Assembly: GCA_032718475.1 (NCBI GenBank)
Contig: JAUCBJ010009048.1
Location: 62,001-126,000, forward strand
DNA length: 64,000 nt
From: Nemertoderma westbladi
Lineage: Eukaryota > Animalia > Xenacoelomorpha
Direction of reading: 5' to 3'
Shown here: positions 51,907-63,486 of the stretch, piece after piece
Layout: each line of letters opens with the position of its first letter
Position numbering within the stretch: position 1 is the first letter of the stretch
Position numbers and translations under genes: made by a program
The notes under the pieces: generated by a model
Told to the model about the DNA's origin: nothing
The model's input: the letters and a program-made list of their open reading frames with translations, nothing else
The model's database searches: none

Positions 51907-53103
51907 ACTACTACTACTAGGATCGGCATGCTGCATTGCAGCTGCATCATTAAGATTGCTGTACCAGCTTATCGACAAAATTGCACCGCCACAACTCCCT
52001 ATCACCCATGACATTTGCTAGATCATCCGCATCTTCAAGGCCAGTGTCCTTTAAGATGCGTCTCAAGAAAGTCATGGGCTGTCCACCATGCTTATTTACT
52101 CCATAAGGCTGCCAAAGTACAAGATTATGCACTGGCTGGTCCTCACGGCGAAAGCAATGTCCTGCAAAGCGGAGGCGATTTTGTTCTAGTGTCAAGCTTG
52201 GGGAAACCAATGAGACACCTCCAATGTTATATAGTGTCTGGTTGGAGATGTGTGCATTGTACTTGACACAATGAACCCGGCGTAACATTCTTGTGAAAGT
52301 GCCATCCAGAGATTTGGTGTCCTCAGCAGTTAGAGCCCAGCATGGACTCCCACAGAGGAGTACTGGAACTACTGCTGCTCTAAATAATCGGACCTTAATT
52401 GTCCGATTAATTCTCGGTGACTTCCAAATCCTGGAAAGCCTATTCAAGGCTGCCCATGCCTTTCCCTTACGTATTCGAAGGTCCTCATCTGACTTCCGGA
52501 TCCATGATCCCAGGTAACAGAAGTCATCCACATGCTCAAGCATACCATCTTTTGAGCTTATGCTCATCCGATCAGAGACTTGCTGAGGACTTTCAAAGTT
52601 AACTGTCAAAATTTTAGTCTTTCTGGAGTTAATAAAAAGACCAACACTAGAAGCAGCATGTTCTAATGAGCTGAGGAGCCGTTGGGCTCCCTCTAGTGAT
52701 TCTGAGAGTACTCCTAAGACATCAGCAAAATCTAGATCAGTTAGGTACTTGGCAGGATTTCCTCGACTTCTGGAGCCAGTAGGTGGAGTTATCATCACCC
52801 CATCATCATTATGATGATCTAAGGACATGCGTAGAACATAGTCAACAACAATTATGAACAAGAATGGTGCAAGTGTGTCTCCCTGGAGGACGCCCCATAA
52901 CACTTCAAATGGTTCTGTGTCACCGTCAACAGTAGACACAAATGTTGTCGAACCATCGTATACTGATCTGATTGCTGCAATAATTTCATCAGGAATCCCA
53001 TATAATGAAAGTATGCTGAACATGCGTGAGCGAGAGACTGAATCAAAGGCCTTGAAGAAGTCAACAAAGATAACAGCCAGATGCCTGTCTTTCTTTTTTG
53101 ATA
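51907..53103 (-). mobile_element. Second 5'-truncated RTE LINE copy, inserted in gag
   Basis: Highly similar to 49367-50550; (TAG)n tail; RT ORF 51950-53170 (VDFFKAFD, QGDTLAP, YLGS); no TSD seen. Confidence 0.92.
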
Positions 53104-53341
53104 ACCAGGGGCTGTAAGATGGGTAAACTGTGGTTGCAAAGCGAGCGAGTATGTTAAGTTGTGATGCCACACTTCGAACGAGTTTATCGTCTCACTTTTG
53201 TCGAGGGGTACGAGCTTGGGGGGCTTCAAGGTGCTGGTAAATGCCATGGTGGGGAGTCTGCAGGTAGTAGTTGAGTGGAGGGCAAACAGGTGAGATCTGC
53301 TGTTGAATAGGGAAGACGTGAGTCGAACACAATGACTGCCA

Positions 53342-53655
53342 CCACGCCAGAACTAAGGCAGGATGGTGGAGGCTGGAGGCAAGGTAAGAAAGAAGCTTAA
53401 TAGGAATAACATAACATAATATAATATACAAAGCAATAATGGTGTAACAACAGCAGAGGGTGAGTAACAGATAGTGACTGATAGGTAAGTAGTACGACTA
53501 CGACTATGGTACGGTATGGAGACTACGGTACGGTATGGATGGCTGACTGGACTGGTTGCAGTACTCAGTCATACGGTACCGGTATTGGTCAGTATATCAC
53601 TCCACAGTCCCCAGTCAACCATAAGGCAAGGCCATGTCTGGCAGACAGGCGGTAT
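53342..53655 (-). repeat. 5' LTR
   Basis: Direct repeat of 45748-46020, followed on minus by a PBS-like sequence and gag. Confidence 0.88.
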
Positions 53656-53674
53656 ATGTGTTATATATGGCTAT

Positions 53675-54829
53675 ATATGTAACAATATATTCAATTTCAT
53701 TGAGAAACAGCTGAGATACAACATATAGGCGTTCAAAGATTGCAAGAATTATCGTTCACCAAATGCTATTTATTCTATTTAATAAATACACAATGTTCTG
53801 GAACATTTTGTTTAAGTATGAATAGCAACACAATAGAGATATTTGATAGGAATACCGTTGTTGCCCACCAACTCATAAAATAAATAACACGTTCTAGAAT
53901 TTTGTGTATTTATTAAATATAATAAATGGGTACTAGTGTGTTTTGTGCAAACCCCCTTCAAATTTTTTATACTAGCTAGTTTTTGTTACTTTTTTTTTAA
54001 AAATGTTCTACAACATATAATCTATTCATTTAATATAAAAATTTTGTTCTAGAACAAATATTTTTTGTTCAAGAACAAAAAATAGAAAAAACAAGCTAAT
54101 TTGTTTATCTTTTTCATTTTTATTGTATGTTTTCTTTGTATAAATTTTTTAAACTAGCTAGTTTTTGTTTCCTTTTTAAAAAAAAATATTCTAGAGCATA
54201 TTATCTATTCATTTAATATAAAAATTTTGTTATAGAACAAATATTATTTATTCTAGAACAAAAAAAAACAACAAAACTAGCTAATTTGTAAATTTTGTTA
54301 ATTTTTCTATTCTACTGTATGTTATCTTTGTATTACATATTTAATAAAAATCACTAGCTACAATGAAAATTTGTAGTTATTAGTAAATGTGTCGAATCTG
54401 AGTGTAAACTAATCAAATAAAAAACACCACAAAATAACATTTTTTTTAATGTTCTAGAACAAAAAATATTTGTTCTAGAACATTACTTTTTACAAAAACA
54501 AATAGACGAAATATTCTACAACATATAAAAAAAAAAAACTAGCTTTAATAACTTCAAAAATACCTAATTAGTTAATTTTGTTCTAGAACAATAATTATTT
54601 GTTCTAGAACAAAATTAATAAAAAAAAATGAACAGACAATATGTTCTAGAACATTTTTTTTTTAAGTAACAAAAACTAGCTAGTATAAACAATTTGAGGG
54701 GGGGGGGTGTGCACAAAACACACTAGTACCGGTACCGAATAAATGGCCTACAGCGAATGATCGCTCTTGTAATCTTTGAACGCCTATATCTCAGCTGTTT
54801 CTCAATGAAACTCAGATATTGTTACATAT
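53675..54829. mobile_element. Palindromic non-autonomous element (outer inverted repeat)
   Basis: atatgtaacaatat..ttcattgagaaacagctgagata..ggcgttcaaagatt is inverted at 54750-54829. Confidence 0.7.
53929..54730. mobile_element. Merlin-type MITE nested in the palindromic element
   Basis: GGTACTAGTGTG ... CACACTAGTACC ends; 8-bp AATAAATG at 53921-53928 and 54738-54745 (7 extra nt ggtaccg on the right); many GTTCTAGAAC palindromes. Confidence 0.7.
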
Positions 54830-54871
54830 TTGGAATCCTTGCAACGCAAACTTTTTAATAATATGAAAAAA

Positions 54872-55400
54872 TTACGACAAATGTGAAGAATGGCCACGAT
54901 GTGGAGGGTGCGATTTCGCAAAAACAACTTTTTTAAAACGATTATTAAAAGAATTTAAAGGCGAAATCGAAAATTCCGCCTTCATGGGGTCTGTATCCAC
55001 TATCTTAGTCATAGACTTTCCTACCAGTCCATCAAGCAATCGTAGTGTGACTCTAGCGGACATGTTGATTATAAAAAAGAACATGATCCAGAAAATTTGC
55101 TCCACAAGCAAATTAGAACTCGAACTGAACCACGTACCTTCACGAGCTGATCTTTGATGTTTGTGAGGTCCCCTACAGCGCCAGGTCAACCTAGGAAATC
55201 CATATCTCATTCTCCTCCAAATGTATGCACTATAAGTACATCCTTCTGACTTACATGTTGATTCAGCGTTTGCAGAAGGTAACAATCCGGATGACTGTGC
55301 ATAGTTAATTGCATTCTCTTCAAATCATAATTTTGCACCAATTTCCTTTATATTTAAATCATTCGACAATCTTAAATGTGAATGACGTGAAACATCACTC
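54872..55400 (-). pseudogene. Merlin/ISXO2-like transposase N-terminal remnant
   Basis: GLLP...C...C...TWRC...SAREGTWFSSSSNL..IF pattern; no DDE core. Confidence 0.6.
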
Positions 55401-55698
55401 ATAGCGACAAAGTACTGTTATTCGACAGTTATGCACTTTGTGCAAGTGGTTATAATAAATATAAAACATTCTAGAATTCAATTACTATTGTTACAGTACG
55501 CTTAAAACACTATAAAACATGCTTATAATTAAATTTGTCAGGTGTGACCCAAGGTGTAGTAATACCCATGGGGTCAACCACGGTGAGTGGAACTAGTTGT
55601 GTTTCAAATTTTTAAGCAAAATAATAAAGATTTGTAGAAAAATCTGGGGGGGGGGGGGGGAGGGGGGGGTCCGTGTCATCAGAAAATGACACGATGCA

Positions 55699-57094
55699 TG
55701 AAACATTCAATACCTTCAGCAAATAAATCATGTATAACTACTTCGGCCTCAGGCCTCAGTAGTTATCAGAACAAAATAAATCAAAACAAATCGAACAAAT
55801 AATTTCAAATCTTTCAATAAGTTTTATATATTGTAAATATACATAATAAATTCACTAAATTAAATCAGTCCAAATATAAAATAAACATAATGCGCTAATA
55901 ATCTTTCAAATAAGTCTTAAAGTGTCCTCCTGACGATCTCAATAGTTCGTCATACTGGTCTAGATATCTTCTCCTGAGCACTAATTGCTAACGGTAGGCT
56001 CGCAAGCCTTCCTTTCTCTCGCTCTCCTATTCCTTGGCTGAACGGGCTCGTCCACGCCCTCTAGTAGTCGAGTTGCCTGCGGTTCTAGAATACCGGGAAA
56101 TGAAACGACCGCCTTCTTGGTAACGCAGACTTTGGTGGTTTGGGCAACGCGCTAATATCGGCTCGGGGTTCTCCGGGTTCAAGCGCATAGGAATCGCGTT
56201 GTCTTGCTCACGCATACATCCTTCACATTTATAGAACAGTTTATAAATGGAGAACGCGTCCTTGGTTTCCGGATCCGCTCCTCGAGCGCGTCTATAAAAT
56301 ATCTCTGTGTCTCGGGTCCCCGCAAACGTCACTGGCGTCGCATAACGCATCGTAGGGGTACAACGCTTTGAACTCCGCGCGTAACTCCTCCGCTCTTTTG
56401 TTATAAGCGTCCAATCGCTGTCGCGTGATGTTTGGATCCGCCTTGGACTTAGCGAGCTTGGCTGTACTAGTAGCCATACTCTCCACTTCAAACACGTTAA
56501 AGTTTTGGCTCCATAACGATTAAACGGTGCCTGGTGCTCCTGTTCCTGCGTGAATCCCTGTATATGTAGTGTTTCTACTATATGAAGCACAAAATAGAGG
56601 TTAGATGTGAGGTGACTTAGAGTTTGTCGGCTTTTGGCTCAACTTTGCTCTAAAACCCCTACCCATTTGCCTAATGACTTCGGGTTCGCGTGATTTCGCA
56701 CTGGCTCCTAATCCAAAAAAATGTGCCGATAAAAAACGAATTCCGGGTAAACTAGCCGCGAGTCTAAAATACTCACCTTTTAATTTCCCAAACTACATTC
56801 CCAAAGAAATAATGCAGTCGAGAATTAATTCGGTCTAAATAATAGTAGACACGACTACGTAGAACAAGGCCGGTTTTCTTTTTCCAAAAAAAATTTATCG
56901 GTAGGCTCGCAAGCCTTCCATCCGCTCTTGTCCTCCCCAATTTTAATTTTTATCTAGTTGTATTCTAGAATTCGCATTCACTGGAGAATCATTTTTCTTA
57001 AATTTAAATCCAACTAAATGGATTTGTCTAATAATTTTTGAAAATTGTCTCACCTGTGGGTTCCAAGTGGAATTCCATTCCTACTGTACACACA
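55699..57094 (-). repeat. Putative long (~1.4 kb) 3' LTR of the BEL element
   Basis: On minus, purine-rich AGGAGCGGGAT is followed by TGTGTG..., ending ...TGTTTCA. The 5' LTR is not in the window to confirm. Confidence 0.45.
56027..56477 (-). CDS. Accessory Cys/His-rich protein of unknown function in the BEL 3' region (~150 aa, one frameshift near 56300)
   Basis: MATSTAK...LCDASDVCGDPRH joined to FYRR...CEGC...CPNH...RGRGRARS; GC-rich, coding-like composition in AT-rich surroundings. Confidence 0.5.
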
Positions 57095-57276
57095 ATCCCG
57101 CTCCTATGTGATACATAAGGGTACTACCCTCCATGTTCACATATAAAGACAATGGAATTCCACTGCTGTCTCTATCTACAGTGAAGAGGATTACAAATGC
57201 ACATACAGTAATACAAAATACTAAATTACTAAAATACGGTAAGTCTATGTGGCGGCCAACAAAGGGTCCCACATCT

Positions 57277-60200
57277 CTATTTACTAATATTGGGTGGAGA
57301 TTTGTAGTCTCCTGTCTCGTTTCTAGTCTCCTCAAGGAGCACGAGACGTTGTACAGGTCTGTCTACGGTACGGCCGTCGATAGTCCTTACAGTAACTGTC
57401 CTCACTACACCAGATGTAGGGTGCGTGGTCAAAATGACTCCAGTCAGCCAAAACCGTCTTTTCAGATTGGCTTCAGCCAATAAAACGTGGTCACCGCGTC
57501 TCAAACATCGGGTATTAAGATACCAAGAGGTTCTGGTTGAAATAGAGGGCAAATAATATTTCTGCCATATTTCCCAGAATTTATTTGCAAGCAATTGAGT
57601 GATTTTCCAAGCTTTGTTGCCGTATCCGTCGCTATTAACGGGTACCGAAATGGGCAACAATGTCGTCGGCGCCTGCATAAGCAGGTGTGCTGGTGTCAAG
57701 GCAAACTGTGCGTCGTTATTGTCTGGGATCAAAGCGATCGGTCTAGTGTTCAAAATCTCTTCGATTTCTATTAGTAACGTCGTCAGTTGGTCGTCTGTCA
57801 ATATGTGTTGCGTCGGTATTACTTTAGCCATAGCTGTCTTAATTGAGCCAATCAGCCTTTCCCAAACGCCGCCTCTCCACGGACTGTCTGGAGTATTAAA
57901 ATACCAAACAATACGGTGAGGGCGTAGTTCCTCGGAAATCTGGTTTTGGTCCAACTTCTTTAAAGCTCTGGTTATTTCGTTCCGAGCACCCACAAAGTTT
58001 GTCCCTTGGTCACAATAAATGGATTTGACCAATCCACGTCTAGCGATAAATCGCCGTAAGGCTAGGATAAAGGCATTGGTGGTCAAATCTGTCACACGCT
58101 CAATATGGACAGCTCTGCTGGCCATGCAAGTGAAGATCAATCCCCAACGTTTTACCTGTACCCTTCCGCGTTTCGCGATTATGGGTCCAAAACAGTCTAT
58201 CCCCTTCTCAGTGAAAGGGGGTCTAAATGCCTGTAATCTCGCTAGTGGTAGTTCACTCATTTCTTGGTGCACCTTTTTACAAATCATACAGTTCCGTGTT
58301 ACCGAACTCAGTGCCTTACTAGGCCTAATCAGTACAAACCTCGATCATAAGTGTGATAGACAGTGATGTCTACCCACGTGTTTGAGTTGTACATGTGCGT
58401 CCAGTATCATAGCGCGCTGTAATTCATGGTGTTGCGGTATGATGATAGGATACCTAAAGTCAAGTGCAAAGTCGATGTTTTGGAGTCTGGACTTGTGACA
58501 AAGTAAGCCTCGGTAAATAATCGGACTCCAACTCAAAATCGGTGAAGACTTGATCTGTTTACCTTGGTTGATCGCTGTGAATTCTCGTGCGAAATATCGC
58601 AATTGATAATGGCGAATGATATCAACTTCACAATGACCAACTTCCTTTAAGGTAAGTCTTCTAGGAAAGTCGCGTTTGCCTCTGGCATATTGTCTCAAAC
58701 GTTTGAGCCATGCTAACTTGCGGCACGCGTCAGTCCATGATCTAGTTAGGTTTACTATCCTGTCAACGTAAGTGTTAGTGACGTCATCAGGTAAGGTATA
58801 GTCATAGTGTGGATACTTGTTTGGACTTGGTAGGCCCACGGGCGTTCCGGTAGGTTTGTCTGAGTCCCCAAGTATGTCAATCTCTACGGTCTTACCTTTA
58901 CCGTCCGCTCCTAATGTGTCGACTGGCAGTAACGGTTTCAACTCTACAGTACCAGTGTGTTCCTGTGAGCCTGTAAGCTTCCTAACCTTAGTCACACGTT
59001 TACCTGTAGGTGGTAAGTCAATAATTTTCGTGGAGCGGAGTGTGATCGCTGTGGCCACACCTTTGTCGTCCAAAGAAGTCAAATTCGGTAAGTTTCTAAT
59101 AGTCCGCTCCAATGGGTCTTCTACTGGAGTGTCTAGTAGACAGTCTGGTGAAGCGTCCGGTGAACAGTCTGGTGAGACGTCTGGTGAGACATAGCGCGGA
59201 ACTTCCAGCGAAATGTCCTGTCGTCGGTCCCAAAGAAAGTCTGGCGTAACTTCTGTCAGAAAGTCTGGTCCAAAGTCTGGTGGACAGTCTGTCGAGATGT
59301 CTGGTGGAAAGTCTGGTGAGACGTCCGGTAGACATTCTGTCGAGAGTTTCATAAAACAATCTGGCGAGCAATCCGGAGAACAATCTGGTGTCGCTTCTGG
59401 TGAATAATCTGGCGAGTAATCTGGTGAACAATCCGGCGAAACGTCTGGTGAAATCTCCCGCGGAACATCCGACGAAAGATTCATACGAGCGTCTGGTCGA
59501 GATTCTGGTGAGACGTCTGGCGTAATGTCAGGTCTGGCGTCCAGGTCATCAGATTTCGTCCGTCCTTGTTTCCTCTTGACCTTGGCGTTGGCTTTCGCTT
59601 TTGATTTGACAACCTTGTCGATTTTTATCTCGGCACCCTCTGGTATGGTATTGGTTGTCGCGACGAATAACGGTGGCCAGTCGTCTGATGGTCGCTGTAG
59701 GAAATCGGGTCCTCTAAACCAAAAGGATTTATTGTCCGGTTTACAAAAGTCAAGCGGTTGCATCCCCCGTGACGCGATGTCAGCTGGGTTCAGCTTCCCT
59801 GGACAGTGACGCCAATCTTGTTTGAGCGACCGGTCTAATATTTCAGCCCGTCTGTTGGCTACGAAAGTCTTGAACTCAAATGCTTCGTTGTTTATGTACC
59901 AAAGTACCAACGTCGCATCCGTCCAATATGTGACCTTCAAGTTAGCCTCCAGCTCGCGTTGAACTAGACTGACAATATCGGTGGATATCGTCCCGGCTTG
60001 CAGCTCTCCACGAGGTACAGTCATATACTTCAACGGCATTGTTCTAGCCCTAGAAGTAACGAGAGACACATCGTAGCTGTCCGATGTCACTTGTCGTCTA
60101 AGGTATAAAGTAACCCCCAATCCATCCTTGCTAGCGTCACTAAAGCTGTGAAGCTCTAAATCGGCAGGAAAGGTGGTCTGCAAAGGAAAGTATACCCTTG

Positions 60201-63200
60201 GTATGGTATAATCTTGTAGGAACGTCAGTTGGGCTTCCCAGTCCCAGGGATGGGGTCGTCCCATTCCAGTCCGGCTTGCCAAATGCTGCGGAGTATGATC
60301 CTAGCATGTAGGATCACTGGACTAATGAAACACAATGGGTCATACAATCGACTCATGGTCGATAAGCAAGTCCTCTTAGTGAGAGGTCTAGTTTGGTCGT
60401 TGGACCTTACACGTACCCTAAAATTGTCGGTGTTAGGGTCCCAACTAAGTCCTAATACTTTAGTCGTCGGCAGAGGTTCTAGGTCTAAGTCCAAGTCACC
60501 TCCACTACGATCCGTCGGGTCAAATGAGTTCACTAGTTCGGGTTCATTGGAAGCGAACTTCGTAAGGCGGAATCCGCCCTCAGTGAGACAATCCTGGAGT
60601 TGGTGTGCTACGGTTGTAGCGCGCTCCAAAATGTCACAACTCTTGAGGCCGTCATCCATGTAGAAATCTCGTTCCACTGTCCGAACTACTTCAGGGTCAA
60701 ATTGGTCTCGTCTGTCCAATGCGGTCTGCTTTAAGGCGTACATGGTGCAGTTGGGGCTGTCCCTGGCTCCGAAAACTCTTACCTGCATTTGGTAAGTTTC
60801 TGGCGGAAGTTCTAAATTTCCGTCCGGATACCAAAGAAACCTCAAGCTGTCCCTGTCCCGCTCCAAAGCCTTAACCTGGTGAAACATGGCCTCTACGTCA
60901 CAGGTGAAAGCCACTTTGCGTTGTCTAAAACGCATTAGGACTCCCATGAGATAATTATTCATATTCGGCCCGTCCATCAATTCGCTGTTCATAGACATCC
61001 CTTGGTAAGGCGCTGCGCAGTCGTTGACTACACGCACCTTGCCAGGTTTGTCCGGGTGTCGAACAAAATGATGTGGCAGGTAATATGTCTGATCTGTGGT
61101 TACCTCGGGATTTAACATCCTAATGGCGTATCCCTTTTGGAGATACGTCTGAAGTTGCGCATTGTATTGCATATGGGCCGTCTCATCTCGCAACAATCGC
61201 TGCCTTATTGATTTGAGTCGCCTCAAAGCAAGCGGGTAATTGTTAACGAGCTTAGGTTGTCCATTGCGCCACAACATGCCAACCTCATAGTGGCCATTCG
61301 CGGTCTGACGAATGGTATCTCTCATAATATTTAATGACCGTTTTTCCTGTTCTGACATAGCGGTCTCGTAACTACCGGGTTCTGCTGAGTCCTGTTCCAA
61401 CCATTGAATGGTCCGTTCAGTCAGCAGTCGGTCAAGCGCTGCTTGCACTGCGCCATGATCCTCGTCCACGTCTTCGTCCGCTGCGGTGGCTAGAGTCAAT
61501 GTGTCTGGTAGGCTCGCAAGCCTTCCGGTGTCACTAGTCGGCGTCGAATCGTCGTGCGGCGGTTTGACAACTTCTTGATCTATTGGTAGGCTCGCAAGCC
61601 TTCCAAGATCAACGACCGGTGTCGAAGCCTGGTGGGTGGGGTCAATGACCTTTGGATTTTTCGGTAGGCTCGCAAGCCTTCCAAAACCCTCGTTCATCGA
61701 ATCATCCACAGCAACAACCCTTTGGTCTTCGGTAGTCGATACAACCTGGTTTACTGCAAGTAGTTGTAAGTCAATGGTCCGTGTGGTCGTGTCCAGATCA
61801 GTTACGTCAGTATCAGTGGCGTCTGCGTTAGCGACGCAAGTCTGTCGTAGTGCAGTCTGTACAATTGGACCACAGGAGTGTGAAGGAGAATTATCTATTG
61901 CGTTAGTCAGTAAACTACACGTACTCAAAACGTCGTCCTCCTGGTCACTTACCTCTAGTGAATGCACTGGTGCTCTAGTATACCAACCTATGGGAGTGCT
62001 ACATGCGTAGGGGTTGCCCGCTGTAATAACAGATGGGCGTGTCTCCCATACCTGATGTAAGTTAAACTGGTCTGTCCCAATTAACATCGCAATGGAACGA
62101 TAATTAACAGGACATTCCGGTATTCCAAGGTTTCGTAAATACTTACGATCTTCCGGTGATTGCTCTGGCACAGGGCCAAGCAAGTTACTAAAGTCCTTCG
62201 TAGCTGCAAAGGTCAAATTTCTTACCGGAAGTAATGAGCACTCCTCCTTGCTGTGCTCCGCTTTGGAAAGAAGAGTGTCTAAAGTTAGTTTTACTCTCGT
62301 CACAGGAATCGCTCTCTTACCATGCATGCTGCTTACAGTATACTGAGCAGTCTTACCTTGACTCATGTCCGTAACCACATCGGCTACTTGTTCGTCGACA
62401 TAACTGTGTGATGACGCAGAGTCTAAGATAGCGTATATACGCTTGCTCCCTCGGGTTCCGGTAATCTTTATAGGAATCACGCTAAACCCTTTCAATTGGT
62501 TCTGTGTGAGGAGCGTTACCGATGGCTGTTCCTCACCCGCATGCACGTAGAAAGTGTCGTCTTCCTCCTTGTCCTCGTCCGATGATCCTGACTGATCCAT
62601 ACAGTCCGTATAAAACGTACGGATCTCGCGCGGCGCACGCTCCTTGTATAGTGCGTCGCATCTAGCCGCTTTATCTGGATGCTCTTGTCGAAAGCGTTTG
62701 GTTGGAGTGTGACTAGTTGTGTGAAGTAACGCGTCATGGTTACATCCACACTGAGGACATGTATCGTCGCTCGGGCAATCCTTCCGGATGTGTCCTGGCT
62801 TCGTACATCTCCAGCAAGAATCTAAAGATCGAATTCGAAGTCTTCTCTCTTCGATTCCTAACTCCTTAAAAGCGCAACATCCACAAAGTTTATGTCCGCT
62901 ATAGTTTCTGCCGTTCCGCTCGCAGTATGAGCATCCCACAAAGTCTGCCGGCAACTGTTGTCGTGGCTGCGTGGTGCCGATAGGTGTCAGAACTTTAGAA
63001 GTCTCAGTAGGGGTGGCGTAGGTAACGGCTTTCGCGTTCGTCGGAAACGGTTTAGTCCGAGTCGGCACAGAAATAGCTATCCCTTCTGCCGCGATATGAT
63101 GATCGGTATAATTCGATCGAGTCTCGATAACGGCCTCCCGCGAAATCAGTTGATAGACGTCGGTGAGTTTTAATAGCCCGCCAGCCTCTTCACGCTGGTA

Positions 63201-63438
63201 CTCGATGCGTCGCCATTCTCGTCGAAGTCGATGATGAAGTCGACCGATTATCCTGATGAGAACCGTACTCGAGTTGTCCAATGGACCGTAAAGTCCCTAT
63301 AGCGTTTTTTATTTCGTCCTCGAGTCGTAGAAGATCGATCGGTTTCGAAATGCTGCCTCCTCTGCAGAGGTCTTCGATAATGGATTTAGCCATGGCGACG
63401 TTACCGCCGTAAATCGAATATAGACGGTCGTACGCCAA
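57277..63438 (-). pseudogene. BEL/Pao gag-pol polyprotein (frameshifted into ORFs 63190, 60225, 58345, 57277)
   Basis: Domain order gag-PR-RT-RH-IN across consecutive ORFs. Confidence 0.92.
59130..59535 (-). repeat. In-frame 12-bp repeat encoding (S/P)PD(V/C/F/Y) inside BEL pol
   Basis: tctggtgagacg-like units; SPDVSPDCSPDYSPDY. Confidence 0.85.
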
Positions 63439-63486
63439 CTCAAAGGCATCTGGAACACCAATAAAGGTTTCCGCTAATCGTTTCAG

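Larger units (their letters stand above)
45748..53655 (-). mobile_element. Degraded Gypsy-like LTR retrotransposon with atypical LTR ends
   Basis: Direct repeats 45748-46020 and 53342-53655; PBS-like TGGTGGCAG; gag start KPPKLVPLDKSETINSFEVW; RT MGMPGSETTLEELM..KLADNL; RNaseH LVTDA, WLPCE; integrase remnants NINKNPI. Confidence 0.9.
55699..63482 (-). mobile_element. BEL/Pao LTR retrotransposon (5' part lies beyond a LINE insertion and the window end)
   Basis: Gag CWRC..GH....C and C..C...H..LLH; protease ILDSAS; RT YLPHH, KVRVV, YMDD; RNaseH LHSFSDAS; integrase GIDCFGP, DQGTNF, GGVWERLI. Confidence 0.95.
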
